Positions 27,098 to 43,100 of a stretch of DNA of 64,000 nt are shown here, one piece after another. Below the pieces are notes generated by a model. It made no database searches. It saw only the letters and a list, made by a program, of their open reading frames with translations, and was not told the DNA's origin. Origin of the DNA: Octopus sinensis. Taxonomy: Eukaryota. Every line of letters begins with the position of its first letter. Position 1 is the stretch's first letter. Made by a program: the position numbers and the translations under genes. The stretch spans positions 11,656,001-11,720,000 of the forward strand of contig NC_042998.1 in the NCBI RefSeq assembly GCF_006345805.1, written 5' to 3'.

Positions 27098-28302
27098 TTG
27101 GGTTGGCAAGAAAGTAATTTCGTTTTTCGCAAATAGATGGAGTTACGATTTTTTTAATGACTTTCGTCAATGTCATGATTTTTTCCTTTTGACATTTGAT
27201 ACTTGTTACTTTCAGCTTCTTTTAGAAGCAAATTGCGCGTAATTTTGGTTACAGTTGCTAGTTCAGTGTCAATTTTATCATGGAGTGCAAAAACAAACAT
27301 TTTCGCCATATTTTGCTTTTTTTTATTTCTGTAAAAGCAAGAAAGCTGCTGAGGTTCAGAAAGAGATATGTGAAGTTTATAGTAGTGATTGCTTAACAGA
27401 ACGCACATGTCAGAAATGGTTTTAAAAATTCCGTTCTGGAGATTTTTCACTGAAAGATTACCAACGTTCTGGTCGACCTACTGAAGTTGATGATGACCGA
27501 ATCAAAGCCATAGTTGAATATGATTGTCATATAACTGTGAGCGAGATTGTAGAGACGTTTAATGTATCACACACAACAACTGAAAATCACTTGAAAATCA
27601 TCTTGGACTCGTTAAGAAGCTCGATATATGGGTTCCACATAAATTGAAAGAGATTCACTTAACACAAAGTATCAATATTTGTGCAATCGAAAATGATTAT
27701 GGCCCAACCGAAATGAATCTGCACAAACCACATCAAAGGCTGAATTGCCTCAAAAGTTGCTGTCAATTTGAAGAGATTACAAAGGTGTTGTGTATTTTGA
27801 ACTGTTTCCAAGGAACCAAACGATCGATTCAGATGTTTACTGTCAGCAACTAAGGAAAATGGAGGAAGCAATCAAAGAAAAACAGCTAGAATTGGCAAAT
27901 CGTAAAGGAATAGTGTTCCACCATGATAGCGCTAAACCACACACGTCTTTGCTAACTTGTGGAAAATTACTGGAGCTTGGTTGGGAAGTGATGTCACATC
28001 TATCACGTAGCCCTGACCTTGCACCATCAGATTACTATTTATTTCGAAGTTTGCAAATTTCTTTGAATGGTAAAACTGTTAATAATGGTGATGACCTGAA
28101 ATTGCACTTGCTTCAGTTTTGGGCTGATAAGGACCAGAAGTTCTATGGGCGTGGGATCATGAAGTTGCCAGAAAGATGGCAAAAGGTCATCGAACAAAAT
28201 GGAAAATATATAATTGGTTAAAGTTCATTCTTCGTATGAAAAAAAAAGACTTTTATTTCACACACAAAAAAAAAAAACGATATTACTTTCTTGCCAACCC
28301 AA
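27098..28302 (+). mobile_element. Mariner transposon with defective transposase
   Basis: TIRs ttgggttggcaagaaagtaat, TA TSDs, motifs WVPH, HHDSAKPH and SPDLAPSDYYLF. Contains stops, frameshifts and a probable internal deletion. Confidence 0.95.
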
Positions 28303-29065
28303 TATTTAGTTCTAATATTATTCATTCTACGAAGATATGAATATGTTGTTACCGTTTGTAAGTACAAACAGAGGGAGCACTTGTTAAATAAATAGCTTTC
28401 TACGTTTTTGTAGTGTTCCACTCGTGGCATCACGGCAGAAAATCTCTCACTAATAGCTCAGAACGTAACGGCAGACGAAATACTGCTAAGCATTTCGCCT
28501 ACCAGCAGTTCAAGATGCACTTGCCATCATAAATGAGCCGACGAGAGTATTATTAACAGTAAGACATTGTGACTCGGAGTATATGAAACTTCTGATGGTG
28601 ATAACGATGACGATGGTGACGAAGGTGAGATAATGTTGAGGGCTAGGAGAGGGAGAGAGGAGGTTGACAATAGTGATGACATGAATAATCATGACGACGT
28701 CGGCGATGACAACGATGACGATAGCGTCAAATCACACGCTACGTTCTTGTAAAAAAGAAAATAACTCAATGGATTCGACAGTACTAAACGTACGAAAAGA
28801 CAACTACTGGAACATCTTTGATTTTTTTGTCAAATGGATCAGTGTTGCATTTGGACGAACAACAACATTAACAAAGACGGCAGCATTCGTGAAAGAAATG
28901 AATCTCAGACTTCACTTTCATAAAATACCTATATGAATTTTATGTGGTGTTGATAAAAAATTGTTTTATTTGTATTTATTTAGTCCCAAAATAGCCTTCG
29001 ATGCAGAATCGAAAGATCAAAGATGTTCCATCTTTAATCTCATCTCTTTTGTATATATATATATA

Positions 29066-31056
<1,991 letters not shown>

Positions 31057-31069
31057 TATATGCATATAT

Positions 31070-31660
31070 GGGTACAGGCCGTCACAAACTGTAAACGACA
31101 TGAAATACGAAAACAACAGAAAATGCGAAGACAAACTTGGGTATACAAACAACGAGGAAAACAAGACAACTAAAATAAAGAACGACGCTTCATCAGTTGT
31201 GGAGACATACAACAAATCAAACGAAAACAAACATGGAGGGGCGTTAGGCCAGACGAGGTAAGGTAGCGAACGCTAGAGGAATATTGTTTTTCACAAGAGA
31301 AAAGATAAAAGAGGAGACAGCTAAGAATGCGTCTGGTCTGTAAGGGAGACTGAAAGACAAGAAATATGATCACGTGAGGAAAAGATAGATGGAGGATGGT
31401 CACGTGTGGGCAACGAAAGAGAGTAAAGGGGAAAGAGGTAGAGAGCGAGCGAGAAAACGGAGAAAGGGAGAAAAAAGAATTAAAGAAATGATGAGAGAAA
31501 AAAAAAACGAAAGCGTTGGGAGGGGAGAAAAACGAATTTGAGAAAGGAAGAGAGAGGAAACGAAAGAGGGAGAGAGATCAGTATAGGGTAGAGCTGTATC
31601 AGAATTATTAAGATAAACTTCTTTGGAAATGGATGCGTGGCGTTCAATCATATAATAATA
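31070..31660 (-). mobile_element. TA-embedded non-autonomous element, same family as 42440-42925
   Basis: Shared terminus ggg(t/c)acagg(c/a)cgtcaca, ggtcac(g/a)tg motif and GA-rich tract. Confidence 0.55.
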
Positions 31661-31713
31661 TAAATATAAAAAAATATATGTGCATACATGCATATATGTA
31701 CATATATACTTAC

Positions 31714-31799
<86 letters not shown>

Positions 31800-31875
31800 A
31801 TATATATATATATACATATATATATGTATGTATATATATATATATAATATATATATATATATATTATATATATAA

Positions 31876-31914
<39 letters not shown>

Positions 31915-31957
31915 CATATATACATATATATATACATACATATATATATGTATGTAT

Positions 31958-32005
<48 letters not shown>

Positions 32006-32009
<4 letters not shown>

Positions 32010-33000
32010 GGGGTTGGACAAAATAAGGGAAACACCTTAAAATTTCAAAAAAAATCATTTTAATAAAGGGTAGGACCGCCTTTGGAGTAATTACAGCTCG
32101 AAATTCCAAAGGAACTTTTGTCCATTCTTCAGCTTCCAGTTCTTGTAGTGATGATGATGGAAGATATTGACTCCTCATTTGTTTTTCTAAAATGCACCAT
32201 AAACATTCGATAGTATTGCGATCTAGGGACTTTGGTGGCCAGATATGATGTTCACCTTCACTAGAATGTTCTTCGCGCTATTCAATAACAACTTTAGCTG
32301 TGTGAATTGGTGCATTATCATCCTGAAATATTGCGCTTCCCTCCGGAAGGCTGAATTTGATCAAATAAAATGCTTAAATAGTCTTGACTATTAATCCTGC
32401 CATGAAGGGAAACCATTGAGCCGGTGGATTTCCAAGATATAGCCCCTCCACCCAGATCATCACAGATCCTCCGCCATGTTTAACAGTTGGAAGAAGGCAG
32501 TCTGGGTCAAATACTTCTTTTGGCTGTCTCCACGCGTATACTCGGCCTGTGGTCGGAAATAACGTAAAAGATGGCTCGTCCGAGAAAAAACATTCTTCCA
32601 CTGCACTAGGGACCAATTCTGTGGGGTTTTTTTCCACTCTAAACGCTTTGCAACGTTTGTTTTGAAAGTAGTAGTTTTCTGATTGCAGCCCTCCCGTGAA
32701 ATCCTGATTTGTGCAGTTCCCGGCGAATAGTCTTTGTGGAAACTGGGTTCTCTGAAGGTGGTCATTAAGCTCTGCAGTAATTTTGGGAGCTGTACATTTG
32801 TGATCCTTTCTAACAATTCACATAAGAGTCCGACGGTCCCTATCTGAGAGTTTTAGTTTTCTTCCGGAGTTTTGTTTCTGCAAGGAGGTTCTTCTTCCTC
32901 TCAAAAGCTCTCATTACTTTCGAGACAGGACTTCTTGATACACCAAACAGTTCGGCTGTTTTCGTTACGCTAGCGCCAGCCATACCAACACCCATAATTT
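32006..33000 (-). mobile_element. Tc1-like transposon relic
   Basis: TIR-like gggggttggacaaaataagggaaacacc. Motifs FSDEPSF, TVKHGGGSVMIW, IFQDDNAPIH and WPPKSLDRNTIECLW. Only one end recognisable. Confidence 0.9.
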
Positions 33001-33266
33001 CAAAGCACATATATATATGTAGATAAGCGAGGAAAAGAGAGAGAGTAGTGAAAAAAATGAGTTTTCTAAGGGAAAATGGAAGATCCATATCTGTGTGTAT
33101 ATATGTGTATGTGTGTACCGCTCTCTCTCTCTCTCTCTCTCTCTCGTTATTTATATATATATATACATGAATTCAATTAAAATGTTCTAAGAGAAATAAC
33201 TCAGAGTGACCAGTGGCATGTATATGAATGACATAGACAAATGTATCTGGAAATAAGAGGGCAGCT

Positions 33267-33305
33267 ATGGACACGTATTTCTGTCCCTATAGGCATCATC
33301 AGCAC
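33267..33305 (-). ncRNA. Minimal type I hammerhead motif with canonical core
   Basis: gtg-CTGATGA-tgcctatagggaca-GAAA-tacgtg-TC-cat. GUC triplet and near-palindromic stem III. Confidence 0.65.
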
Positions 33306-33824
33306 GATAAGTATCCTAATCTATCTCCTGAAGGAAACGGACATAGGCATTTATAAAAAGAGTTGAACACACTCATAACATAAGTAATTTACACAAATTT
33401 ATAAAATGCGGTAAAAAATTAAAAGAGCTCAGTGTGGTCAGTAACAACAAATACCATACCACATACGCTCTAAATTTATAAAATTATCTCGCCCTGTAGG
33501 GGATATGTATCAATTTCCAAATAACAACTGGGACTAGCTTAATATGGGAAGGGGGGATAATCTAAAGAATCAAGAATTCTTAAAGCTGATATACCCTTGA
33601 AGAAATGAACTAGTTTAGTTTCTGGAGATAAGAGAAGAGTCACATATATGACACTCAAGGTGTTACTTAAATTGTAACGCATTGGGGCTGAACTCGGAAC
33701 CGTGCGCTTGGGGAGTAAACTTTTGAGAGAAACAGAAACAAAGAAGTGATAAAGAAATATTAGGAAAATAGGGAAAAAAATTCTGAGCGGAAATAGAAGG
33801 TGAGTGTGTGTGTGTGTGTGTGTG

Positions 33825-33857
<33 letters not shown>

Positions 33858-36132
33858 CGTGTGTGAGTGTGTGCATGTGTGAGTGTGTGTCTGGTTCAGT
33901 TCAGTACATTGTTATGTCCGTGTATCGAAATTGCACTGTTGTCGACGATAAAATATGAGCCAGTTATATATCGAGAGGCTCCGATTTAATCGATGATATC
34001 AGCTTGAAGAATCGATTTGTACAAGAGTAATGTTACTTCCTGATGATCTGATACAAACACACACACACACACAAACACATGTATGTATGTATGTATGTAT
34101 GTATGTATGTATGTATGTATGTATGTATGTGTGTATGTATGTATGTATGTATGTATGTATGTATGTATGTATGTATGTATGTATGTATGTATATGGCTCA
34201 TATGAGGAATTATTAAGGCTATTTATATGATCGATATTGAAAAGAGAGTCAGCAAAACACTCTACTGAACACATTAGCATAGAAGAAAGCCAACCGCAGC
34301 AAGAAGTGCTTAAGAAAACGTAGAAACAAAAAAGGTTTTTTTTTTTACAAAACACATCACCATCATCATCACCAGCAACAACAACAGTAACACCAGCAGG
34401 TGCAGTAGCAGCGTCAATAGTAGTACTAACAGTAAAAACATCAAATATTTAAAAACATAGGTCATGCCAGCGCATTTTGCTCTGATCGATGTGTTTGTTT
34501 TGGATAGTTGTTTTTTTCTAACGTCATAGAAGTTCTTTCATCTAAGATGCAATTTCGTTTAAAATAAAAGCAAAGCTAATCCAAACCAAACAAATGAACA
34601 AAACAAAACAAGAACATGATGAAAAGAAAGGGAAATTTAATCTGTATACAATGCATTAAATGATAATAGAACCAACCAAATGATTAGGATTTCGAAACTG
34701 GTATATTACGCAATTATTATAAACAATTTTCTCCTTTCTTTAAATATTATATTTGTAAAGATTTTCAACATCATCTGGAAACCACTAACACTTGGAATGC
34801 GATGGATGTTCCAAGCTCCTTGGAGATTATTTTCTTTATTTCTTTATTATTTCTGACATTGTACAGTTCTTATTGGAGCACTATGTAACTACTGATTCTA
34901 AGACAGTTAAAAAGAGAAAGAGGTGCTAAAATTAAACATAGTATTTGACTAGTACTTTCTTTATCGGTTCAGAATGGATGATAGCCAAAGCTGACCTGCA
35001 CATGATTTGAACTCAGGCGGTAGAGAACCGAAATCATCACTGAGCATTATTTTATCCGATGCTGTCACAACTTCGGTACTTCGCTGCCATTCTCCAACTG
35101 CAGAGTGCACAACCATAAAAGAAAATATTGTGATGAGTGAAACGTTTTACAATATTTTGCTAACCTGTTTTACTCGGCAAGTTGCAGCAAAAGCAACCTA
35201 GCATTTAAAGTAGAAGCGAAGAATCTTTCACTGAATCTCCCACCTCCTTCTGTTTGATAAGCTGTCGAGATCACAGGAAGTAAGCCATGGGTAGTATATC
35301 AAGTGTTGGTTCTAGGATCGCTCCCACTGTGTAACACCTTCTTCTATAGCCCCATTTTGATTAATGCCTTGAATAAAATTTGGTGGGCTGAAAGAGTATA
35401 AAAACCATCAAGTATATACACATACACTCACACGCACACGCACGCACAAACACACTTACACACATACACACACATCTATGTATTATCTATGTATGTTTCT
35501 GTTTTTAACGCTGTTCACACCACCGAATTGAATAGTACTGCTCAGGTGTCAAAACTATAATGGTATCTGTTTGGCAGCTGAAGATGGGAATGCATGTTTG
35601 ATATGCTTCCTTGTGAATTTTTAGGCCTTGGGGATCTCCTTATTATGAGTTGTCTTTCATTCGTGTAAATTCGAAAGTGTTTGAGAATTCATGGCTGACT
35701 CTGATTACTTATATCGGTATTGGATGATTTATTTCACAAATAGTTTTATTAGACTCGGATATGCTTTACACAACTGCGACTTTAGTTATACTCTGACACA
35801 TGCTTAGCCTTTACATATGTGCTTATATACATATATGTATGTACATGCACACATACATACTTACGTGCGTACGCACATGCACACAACCACACACACACAC
35901 ACTCACACACACATACACAAATGCACACACACACGCATATTATGACACGTAAATGTATAGAAAAATTCCTATACATAAAGTGTTTCTTTTTCCATTCTTG
36001 TAAGGAAATAATTCTTTCAACTGCAGACTCCATTGATTTATGTAGAATTCAAAAACACTTCACACAAAAACTGAGACGGGGGAATAACAGAATCAAATAA
36101 CTAAAGACGCGGTGACCTCGTAAACTTTACTA

Positions 36133-37406
36133 TTGCGTTGTCCGGGAATTTGTGAGCGTCTTTTAATATGCAAAAAGGGATATAAATAATTGACTTTTCA
36201 ATAAACTTCAGTCAATAAATTAATTTCTATCATTATTAATGACCTTTGCCCATCTATCAGGCAATTTAAATATTCTATCAGTATACAATTTTACTGGTTT
36301 TGAAGAAAAACATTATCTAGATGCATTTTGACTATCTAAATCTTTAAATATTTTTCCTTGCATTCAGTTTTTGTAGAGACAAAAAAAAGTGATAGTCGGA
36401 TGGAGCAATATCAGGAGAAAATGGTGGATAAGGTAAGATATCCCAGCCAAGTTCATGTAACTTTGTTCGGGCAGCCAAATAGACATGTGGTTGGGCATTG
36501 TCTTGTTGGAATACTATACCTTTCCTGTTGGCAATCTCCGGTTTCAATTCTTTGATTTTCTTTCTTTTTTTTTCAGCTGACGGCAGTACACATCAGAATC
36601 AATGGTCTGGTTTTGTGGGAGAAACTCATCATAAATAATGTCTTTATGATCCCACCAAAGCATAGCTTTTTTGGTATGGATATTCGTCTTCGATTGCTGT
36701 TTTGGAGAATCCTTACGCAAACTCTAGGACCCTTTTCGCGCTACTATTTTCGTACACAATCCATTTTTCATCTCCAGTCACAATTTATTTCAAAAAAAGG
36801 CATGCTTTTATTCCTTTCCAAAAGCATATCACAAATGGGATGCTGGTCCAATTCTTTTCTGAGTGTTTGTGAGAGATCCATATATTATGGCGAGAAATAT
36901 ATCGTAGCTTCACTAGGTGTTCATGAGCCGTACTTTTAGAGACTTCCAACTCCTCTGCAAGTTCTCCAGTCGTGATATTTGAGTCTTCTTCGATTTTTGC
37001 TTTCAAAACATTTCCGTTCAATTTTGAAGCTCTTCCTCTGCGATTGTCATCTTCCAAACTAAACTCTACAGCTTTAAATTTAGCAAACCACCTTCGAACA
37101 GTTTATTCATATACAGCATCATCACCATGAACTTCACAAATGTTTTTTGTAAGTCTTTGCAGCATTCTCTCCTTTTAAAAGAAAAGAAGGAAAGCATTAC
37201 AATGCGAATATGAAAGCTTTGGTTATCCATTTCAAATGTCAACAAAGGGTAACCGGAATGAAAGATAAATCTATTTTTATTCGGGAACAAAGAAGAGATC
37301 CACTTCAAGCAACGCCAAAGTTTTAACTGTGTTACGTTTCAGGTGTGTTCAATGAAGCGTTAAAAAATTTAGTTGAAAAACGCTCAGAACTTTTCAGACA
37401 ATCTAA
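36133..37406 (-). mobile_element. Mariner transposon relic
   Basis: Degenerate TIRs (ttgcgttgtccgggaatttgtgagcg / ttagattgtctgaaaagttctgagcg) with TA TSDs. Motifs IVTGDEKW, QQDNAQPH and YPPFSPDIAPSDYHFF. Confidence 0.9.
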
Positions 37407-38145
37407 TAATTCTAAATAACCTTCTTTCTTCCCACTTTGGCTTCAAGTCTCAATATCATATCTCTCCATTCTTTCTCTTTCATGTTTACATTAACTTCCT
37501 CCACCTCATTCAGTGTCTCATCTACTTTCACTTTCCCTTCTCTTTCCAGTTACACACCAACTTTCTCATTTGTACTACTTCCTATCTACTCAAGCACTGC
37601 CAATTTGTTTTGAGTCAGATACTGCTAGTTACTCTGATATAGAGAGTATGACACTTGTCCGTTATTATATTTTTCTTTTCATCCCAAACCTGAAGAAACT
37701 CTGTTTGAAACGTTACAAACTCCACTTCCCATGACATATAGACCTATTTTTACGGCGGGATTGTATGTGTGTGTGTGTGTGTCTGTGTAGTGGAAAAAAA
37801 GAGCAGGAAAAATTAAGTGTGTGTATGTGTGTGTGTGCACGCGAGCGAGCATACACATACATATGTACATGTATATATGTGTATAAATGCTTTTTCTGTT
37901 GTATATGTAATTCTTTATATGTATGTTTCATTTTATCATGTTTAAGTCATTGCTCTATATGTTCGTTAGCTATTCTCAATGGGTTTTCGCCGATGACTCC
38001 ACCAAAAGTGAACAATATCAACGTCAAAGGCACGAAATTGTAAGGATCTTTCGGACGTTCACTGATGAGGAATTAGCTACGAATTTTCTATTTGTTATGT
38101 TTTTGTAAAATTTTCCGTTTGTTGTTTTTTTCTTAAATTTTTGAA

Positions 38146-38200
<55 letters not shown>

Positions 38201-38332
38201 ATATAACGGGAAGCTTTATGAAAATAGACAAAAGACAGGCAGGTTTACGGAAATAAACAAAAGACGAAGGCAGGTGGAATACAAACAAACAATTGTATTA
38301 GTATGGCGCTCAGGAAATATAAATAAAATAAG

Positions 38333-38370
38333 TCTTTAACGTTTCGAGCCTACGCTCTTCAACAGAAAGA
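38333..38370 (-). ncRNA. Minimal hammerhead-like motif (core variant)
   Basis: tcttt-CTGTTGA-a gagc gtag gctc-GAAA-cg-TT-aaaga. Same architecture as 17463-17499. Confidence 0.5.
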
Positions 38371-38392
38371 TATATAGGAGCGGGTATGTATG

Positions 38393-38426
<34 letters not shown>

Positions 38427-38781
38427 TGTATGTATGTATGTATGTATGTATGTATGGCAGAACACAGCATGTAACTGAAATAAAAAACGAGTAATTTAAA
38501 ATTTATAAAGCGTCTTCAACATGGATTAAGTGATAATGCAAACACATTCTTACTTTGCAATATATGTGCAGGAAAAAGAGAATTGGAGTCCCTTAAGAGA
38601 CTGTTCACACATGCGTATGTGACAGGTACCAAAACACAGACACACGCACAAACACAACCAAATATATATACTAACATAACAGAAACAAACACACACGCGA
38701 ACACAAACATATCAATACACACACGCAGGTACACGCACATAACCAATAACACACGCCCACGCATTCACACATCTGGCATAT

Positions 38782-39008
38782 GCGAGCTGGCAGAGACGTT
38801 AGCACGTCGGGCGAAATGCTTAGCGGTATTTCGTCTGGCGTTACGCTCTGAGTTCAAATTCCGCCGAGGTCGACTTTACCTTTCATCCTTTCGGGGTCGA
38901 TAAATTAAGTACCAGTTACGCACTGAGGTCGATATAATCGACTTAATACCTATGTCTGTCCTTGTTTGTCCCCTCTATGTTTAGCCCCTTGTGGGTAATA
39001 AAGAAATA
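38782..39008 (+). mobile_element. MetaSINE-type SINE
   Basis: Family A; ggcatatgc flanking repeat. Confidence 0.9.
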
Positions 39009-39261
39009 GGCATATGCATATGTAGGCGAGTATACCCGCACGCACAGACATACACACACGCAAACACACGCACAGACACTCAAACACACGCACAGACACA
39101 CAAACACACATACACACAAACTCATACACTCACCCATCATGCCACTGCCATATCCAGACACTGACACCGCCAGTTTCTTTCTCAACCACGCGGTCAGAGA
39201 AACTCCCGTTTGTGATGGAATTGACATTATTCGCTATGTGATCCTCCTTGACCAATAGCAA

Positions 39262-39455
39262 CCTATTTCTTTATTACCCACAAGGAACAAAACACAGAGA
39301 GGACAAACAAGGACAGACAAACGAATTAAGTCGATTATATCGACCCCAGTGCGTAACTGGTACTTAATTTATCGACCACGAAAGGATGAAAGGTAAAGTC
39401 GACCTCGGTGGAATTTGAACTCAGACCGTAAAGACAGAAGAAATACCACTAAGCA
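39262..39455 (-). mobile_element. MetaSINE-type SINE, 5'-truncated
   Basis: Family A; agcaacctat flanking repeat. Confidence 0.88.
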
Positions 39456-40007
39456 ACCTATCTTCTGGTAGCTATCTTGGACCTCTTAGATCTCATCATT
39501 GGGCATCCCAGAGGCCTGAAGGAGTCGGGCTCCCATTAGGGGCGTGCGAAAATTAAAGTAGCACGGAACCGATTCAAACTCTTTTAAATAATACATGTAA
39601 CTTCCACTAAATGTGTTGAGTGCTCTTTTCTTTCGACTGTCCATTCACTCGCATACATATAGATTAATCAGCCGAAATTGCGAGGATGATCCGGTTCTTG
39701 ACTGAAGATAAAAGGCTTAGAATGACCCATCCTGGTTTTTTGTATCGTCTATCTGGATGTTTTGTTATCCCTTTTTGTATCTCCTAGTTGTCTGGATGTT
39801 TTGCGTCCTTGTCCCATTTTGTATTATATATATATACACATCTAAATATATTGTTATTTTTCGGGATGGTCATTTTTATTGTCAAATATATACATGCGCT
39901 ATATATTCGTTCGTCACTTCAGATTTATTATTGTTCATATTTTTTGCCCTTTGTCGGGAAATCTTTCGTCACACATCCTGTATGTGTGTGTGTGTCAGAT
40001 ATATACA

Positions 40008-40466
40008 CAGGTCGTCGTCGACTTATAACCACAATTGATTCCGAATGACTGGTCGTAAGACTGTAAGCTTGTAAGCGGCCGATAAGCCTACATAGCTTTG
40101 ATTTATATTTTTACATTCTTAAAGTACATTCTCAGGTAAAAGTCACACACACATTATTCTGTATTATACTACAACAGTGTTATTTGTTCATAGAAAAGTA
40201 CCAAAGAATGCAGACGCAAGAAATACAGTGTAGTGTAAGAAATAGTTGCAAAACTTACATAAAAATTTATTGTAGACTGGTACTTGGTTGCGGATCTTCG
40301 ATGGCGTTCGTTAGCTGACGTCATCTGTGGACGGGTCAATTTCTAAGAAATTAAACTAAGTAGATTTCAACTGGACTATTTCTTATTGCTGCCGGGAGCT
40401 GGCGCGCCAATCGTCGTAAGGTCGATCGGTCGTGAGTCGGATAGATCTTAAGTCGACAACGACCTG
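40008..40466. mobile_element. Tigger/pogo-like MITE
   Basis: TIRs caggtcgtcgtcgactta and taagtcgacaacgacctg (1 mismatch), in TA-rich flanks. Confidence 0.75.
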
Positions 40467-40827
40467 TATATATATGTAAAAAAATACAAACTGGGACAAG
40501 AACGCAAAACATTTAGAAGACGATACAAAAAAACACGGACGGGACATTCGAAGCTTTCAATCTTCAGTCAAGAACCTCGCAATTTCGGCTGATTAATCTT
40601 GAGATTGCTCCGATCTGGCCAGCCCCAAAGGAAAATCTAAGCCAAGCGCATTAGATTCCTTGGAAGAAAGCCTCGAATCATGTTTTGTAACGCGTTTGTA
40701 TGACTCATTTTGTATTGTATGTATGTTGCTAATTAGATAAAAGATTCTTCTCTATATCACCACCTTCTACTCGTCATCATCATTTTACTCTGGTATTATT
40801 ATCATAATTAGTACATTCATTACATAA

Positions 40828-41035
40828 GGCTGTGAGCTGGCAGAATCGTTATCATGCAGGGTGAAATGCTTAGCTGTACTTCGTATGTCTGCACGTTCTG
40901 AGTTCAAATTCCGCCGGGGTCGACTTTACCTTTCATTCTACTGGGGTCGATAAATTAAGTACCAGCTGTGTACTGGGGTCGATGGGATCGACTTACCCTC
41001 CCCACAAAATCCAGGCCTTGTGCCTATAGTAGAAT
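40828..41035 (+). mobile_element. MetaSINE-type SINE
   Basis: Family A core. Further copies at 43475-43682, 46262-46470, 49236-49450 and 24700-24900(-). Confidence 0.85.
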
Positions 41036-41993
41036 GAATTATTATTGTGACTGTTGCTGTTATCCATTGGTAGGAAGGTTGAGCGATGGATAAAAGGACA
41101 AGCTGAATTTGGTTGCATCCTCACCGGATTTGATATTTTTTGAAAAGCAGACATAAATAAGGTAAGTCTAGGTGTTGTACAAACACCTACACAAATCAGA
41201 CATTTTCTAAATACAGAAATGTCACGGTAAGATTTATTTCAATCACACAAAACAATGTTTTTTTTTTAGATGCATAAATATGACATTACAAAATCAAAAT
41301 TCTGTGTGGGTGGATAAAGAGAATTTATAGCTTGAGAAATAACATATATCAGATACACGGAGTTTGTCATGGGAAAAGTTGACATACAGAGTGTTATGTC
41401 GCTGACATCACACTCTTCGGAACAACTGGCTTTACCGTGATTATTTATGAATCTTTATACTGGAATTTCAGGAAACGCATACTATCAGACAAACATATAT
41501 ACGCATTGTTTCAACCAGGACTTTCTATGCGAAGGTTTACCTACTAGACATAAGAGCGAATTTCCATTAAGTTATATTTCATCACTAAAACAAAAAGGGT
41601 AGGACATACAGACTATATATATTCTACCGTTATTGCTTTTGTATTCCACGTTTTTGTATTTCATTATTGTTTTTTGTTTTTTATATTCGTGTGGCACCGT
41701 CCTTTTTGCTGTCTTTGTGTTCGTATGCATTCGATCCTTCTTCCAGGAAATCTACGCTCCTAGCTTAGTTTTTCTAATGCTCGTTGCTTAGTTTCTTCTG
41801 GAGGGCTGGCCGGTTCTAGTAATCTCAAGATTAATCAGCCGAAATTACTACGATGATCCGGTTCTTGACTGAAGACTGAGGGCTTCGAATGTCCTGTCTG
41901 TGTTTGTTGTATCGTCTTCTAAGTTCTTATGCGTTCTTGTCTCAGTTTGTATTTTTCTACATATCATAATATATATATATATATATATATATA

Positions 41994-42360
41994 TACTTTA
42001 TAAAAATAGGGTAAAGTAAAATAATTTACTTTACCACACACCGAGCTTTTTAGAAATAGCAGCCAAAAATTTGGCTATTTCTTCTACTGCAAGAAAAGTC
42101 TCCCAGACAATGCATACTCAGAAATAACTCTTCCCTTATACCTACGTGAATTATTTCTGAGTATGCATTGTCTGGGAGACTTTTCTTGCAGTAGAAGAAA
42201 TAGCCAAATTTTTGGCTGCTATTTCTAAAAAGCTCGGTGTGTGGTAAAGTAAATTATTTTACTTTACCCTATTTTTATAAAGTAATATTTCAAATATACC
42301 GTAAATGGTCGTTTTACATATCGAACACTGCTCGGTCGAATTAATTAATTTTACCCTTTT
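41994..42360. mobile_element. Penelope-like pLTR with perfect 134-bp inverted duplication
   Basis: 41994-42127 is the reverse complement of 42151-42284, with a 23-nt spacer. Homologous to 12076-12215. Confidence 0.85.
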
Positions 42361-43013
42361 TTATTGACTATATATATATATATATGCATATATACATACG
42401 TATACGTACATAATATGTATACGTATATACATATGCATATGTGGGCACAGGACGTCACATAACATAAACAACAAAAAATACGAAGTTTTTCTAATCCGTA
42501 TTTCTAGCAATTCACGACAAGATACGCCTTCGATAAAACAGTTTCTCCCGCAAAGCAAATTAAATAGAATTTGCGAACTTGCGGAGAGTCAAGATTGGTG
42601 ACAAAAACAGGACCGTGAAAACAAACAGGAAGGGTTGCTAAGCCTGAACGAGGAGGTTGTGGTGGCGAACGTGAAGAAACAAGTCTGGATAGGAGACAGA
42701 GAACAATACGTCTTCCCTGTCCAGCTGAAACAGGAAGAAAGCATGAAACGCAAGTTAGGAGAATAGTCGATGGTCACATGGGGGCCACGTGAGCAAAGAA
42801 GGAAAGGTGAAGGAGAGAGAGAGTGACAGACAGAGAACTGTGAAGGGGAGAGGAAAAAATTTGGGGACAGGATAAGAGAGAAAAAGAGAGAGAGGGAGAA
42901 TAAATAGTTACGATTCATTTGAATTAGGTACCAGGTTAGTCCGGTATCATCACACAGCTCTCGAAGTAAGGTGAATAAAAAGCAAATAAGTAACAAGGAT
43001 ATCCAGGTATCAG

Positions 43014-43100
43014 TGCATTACGGCCGTTTCAGGTGGCTCCATTTAATCGATCAATGCAAACATTACATCAATTTGATATACACCGCCTTCCTTGGATACA
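43014..43100 (-). ncRNA. Degenerate hammerhead-like motif with long stem II
   Basis: tgtat-CCAAGGA-aggcgg...ccacct-GAAA-cggccg-TA-atgca. Core is mutated. Confidence 0.35.
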
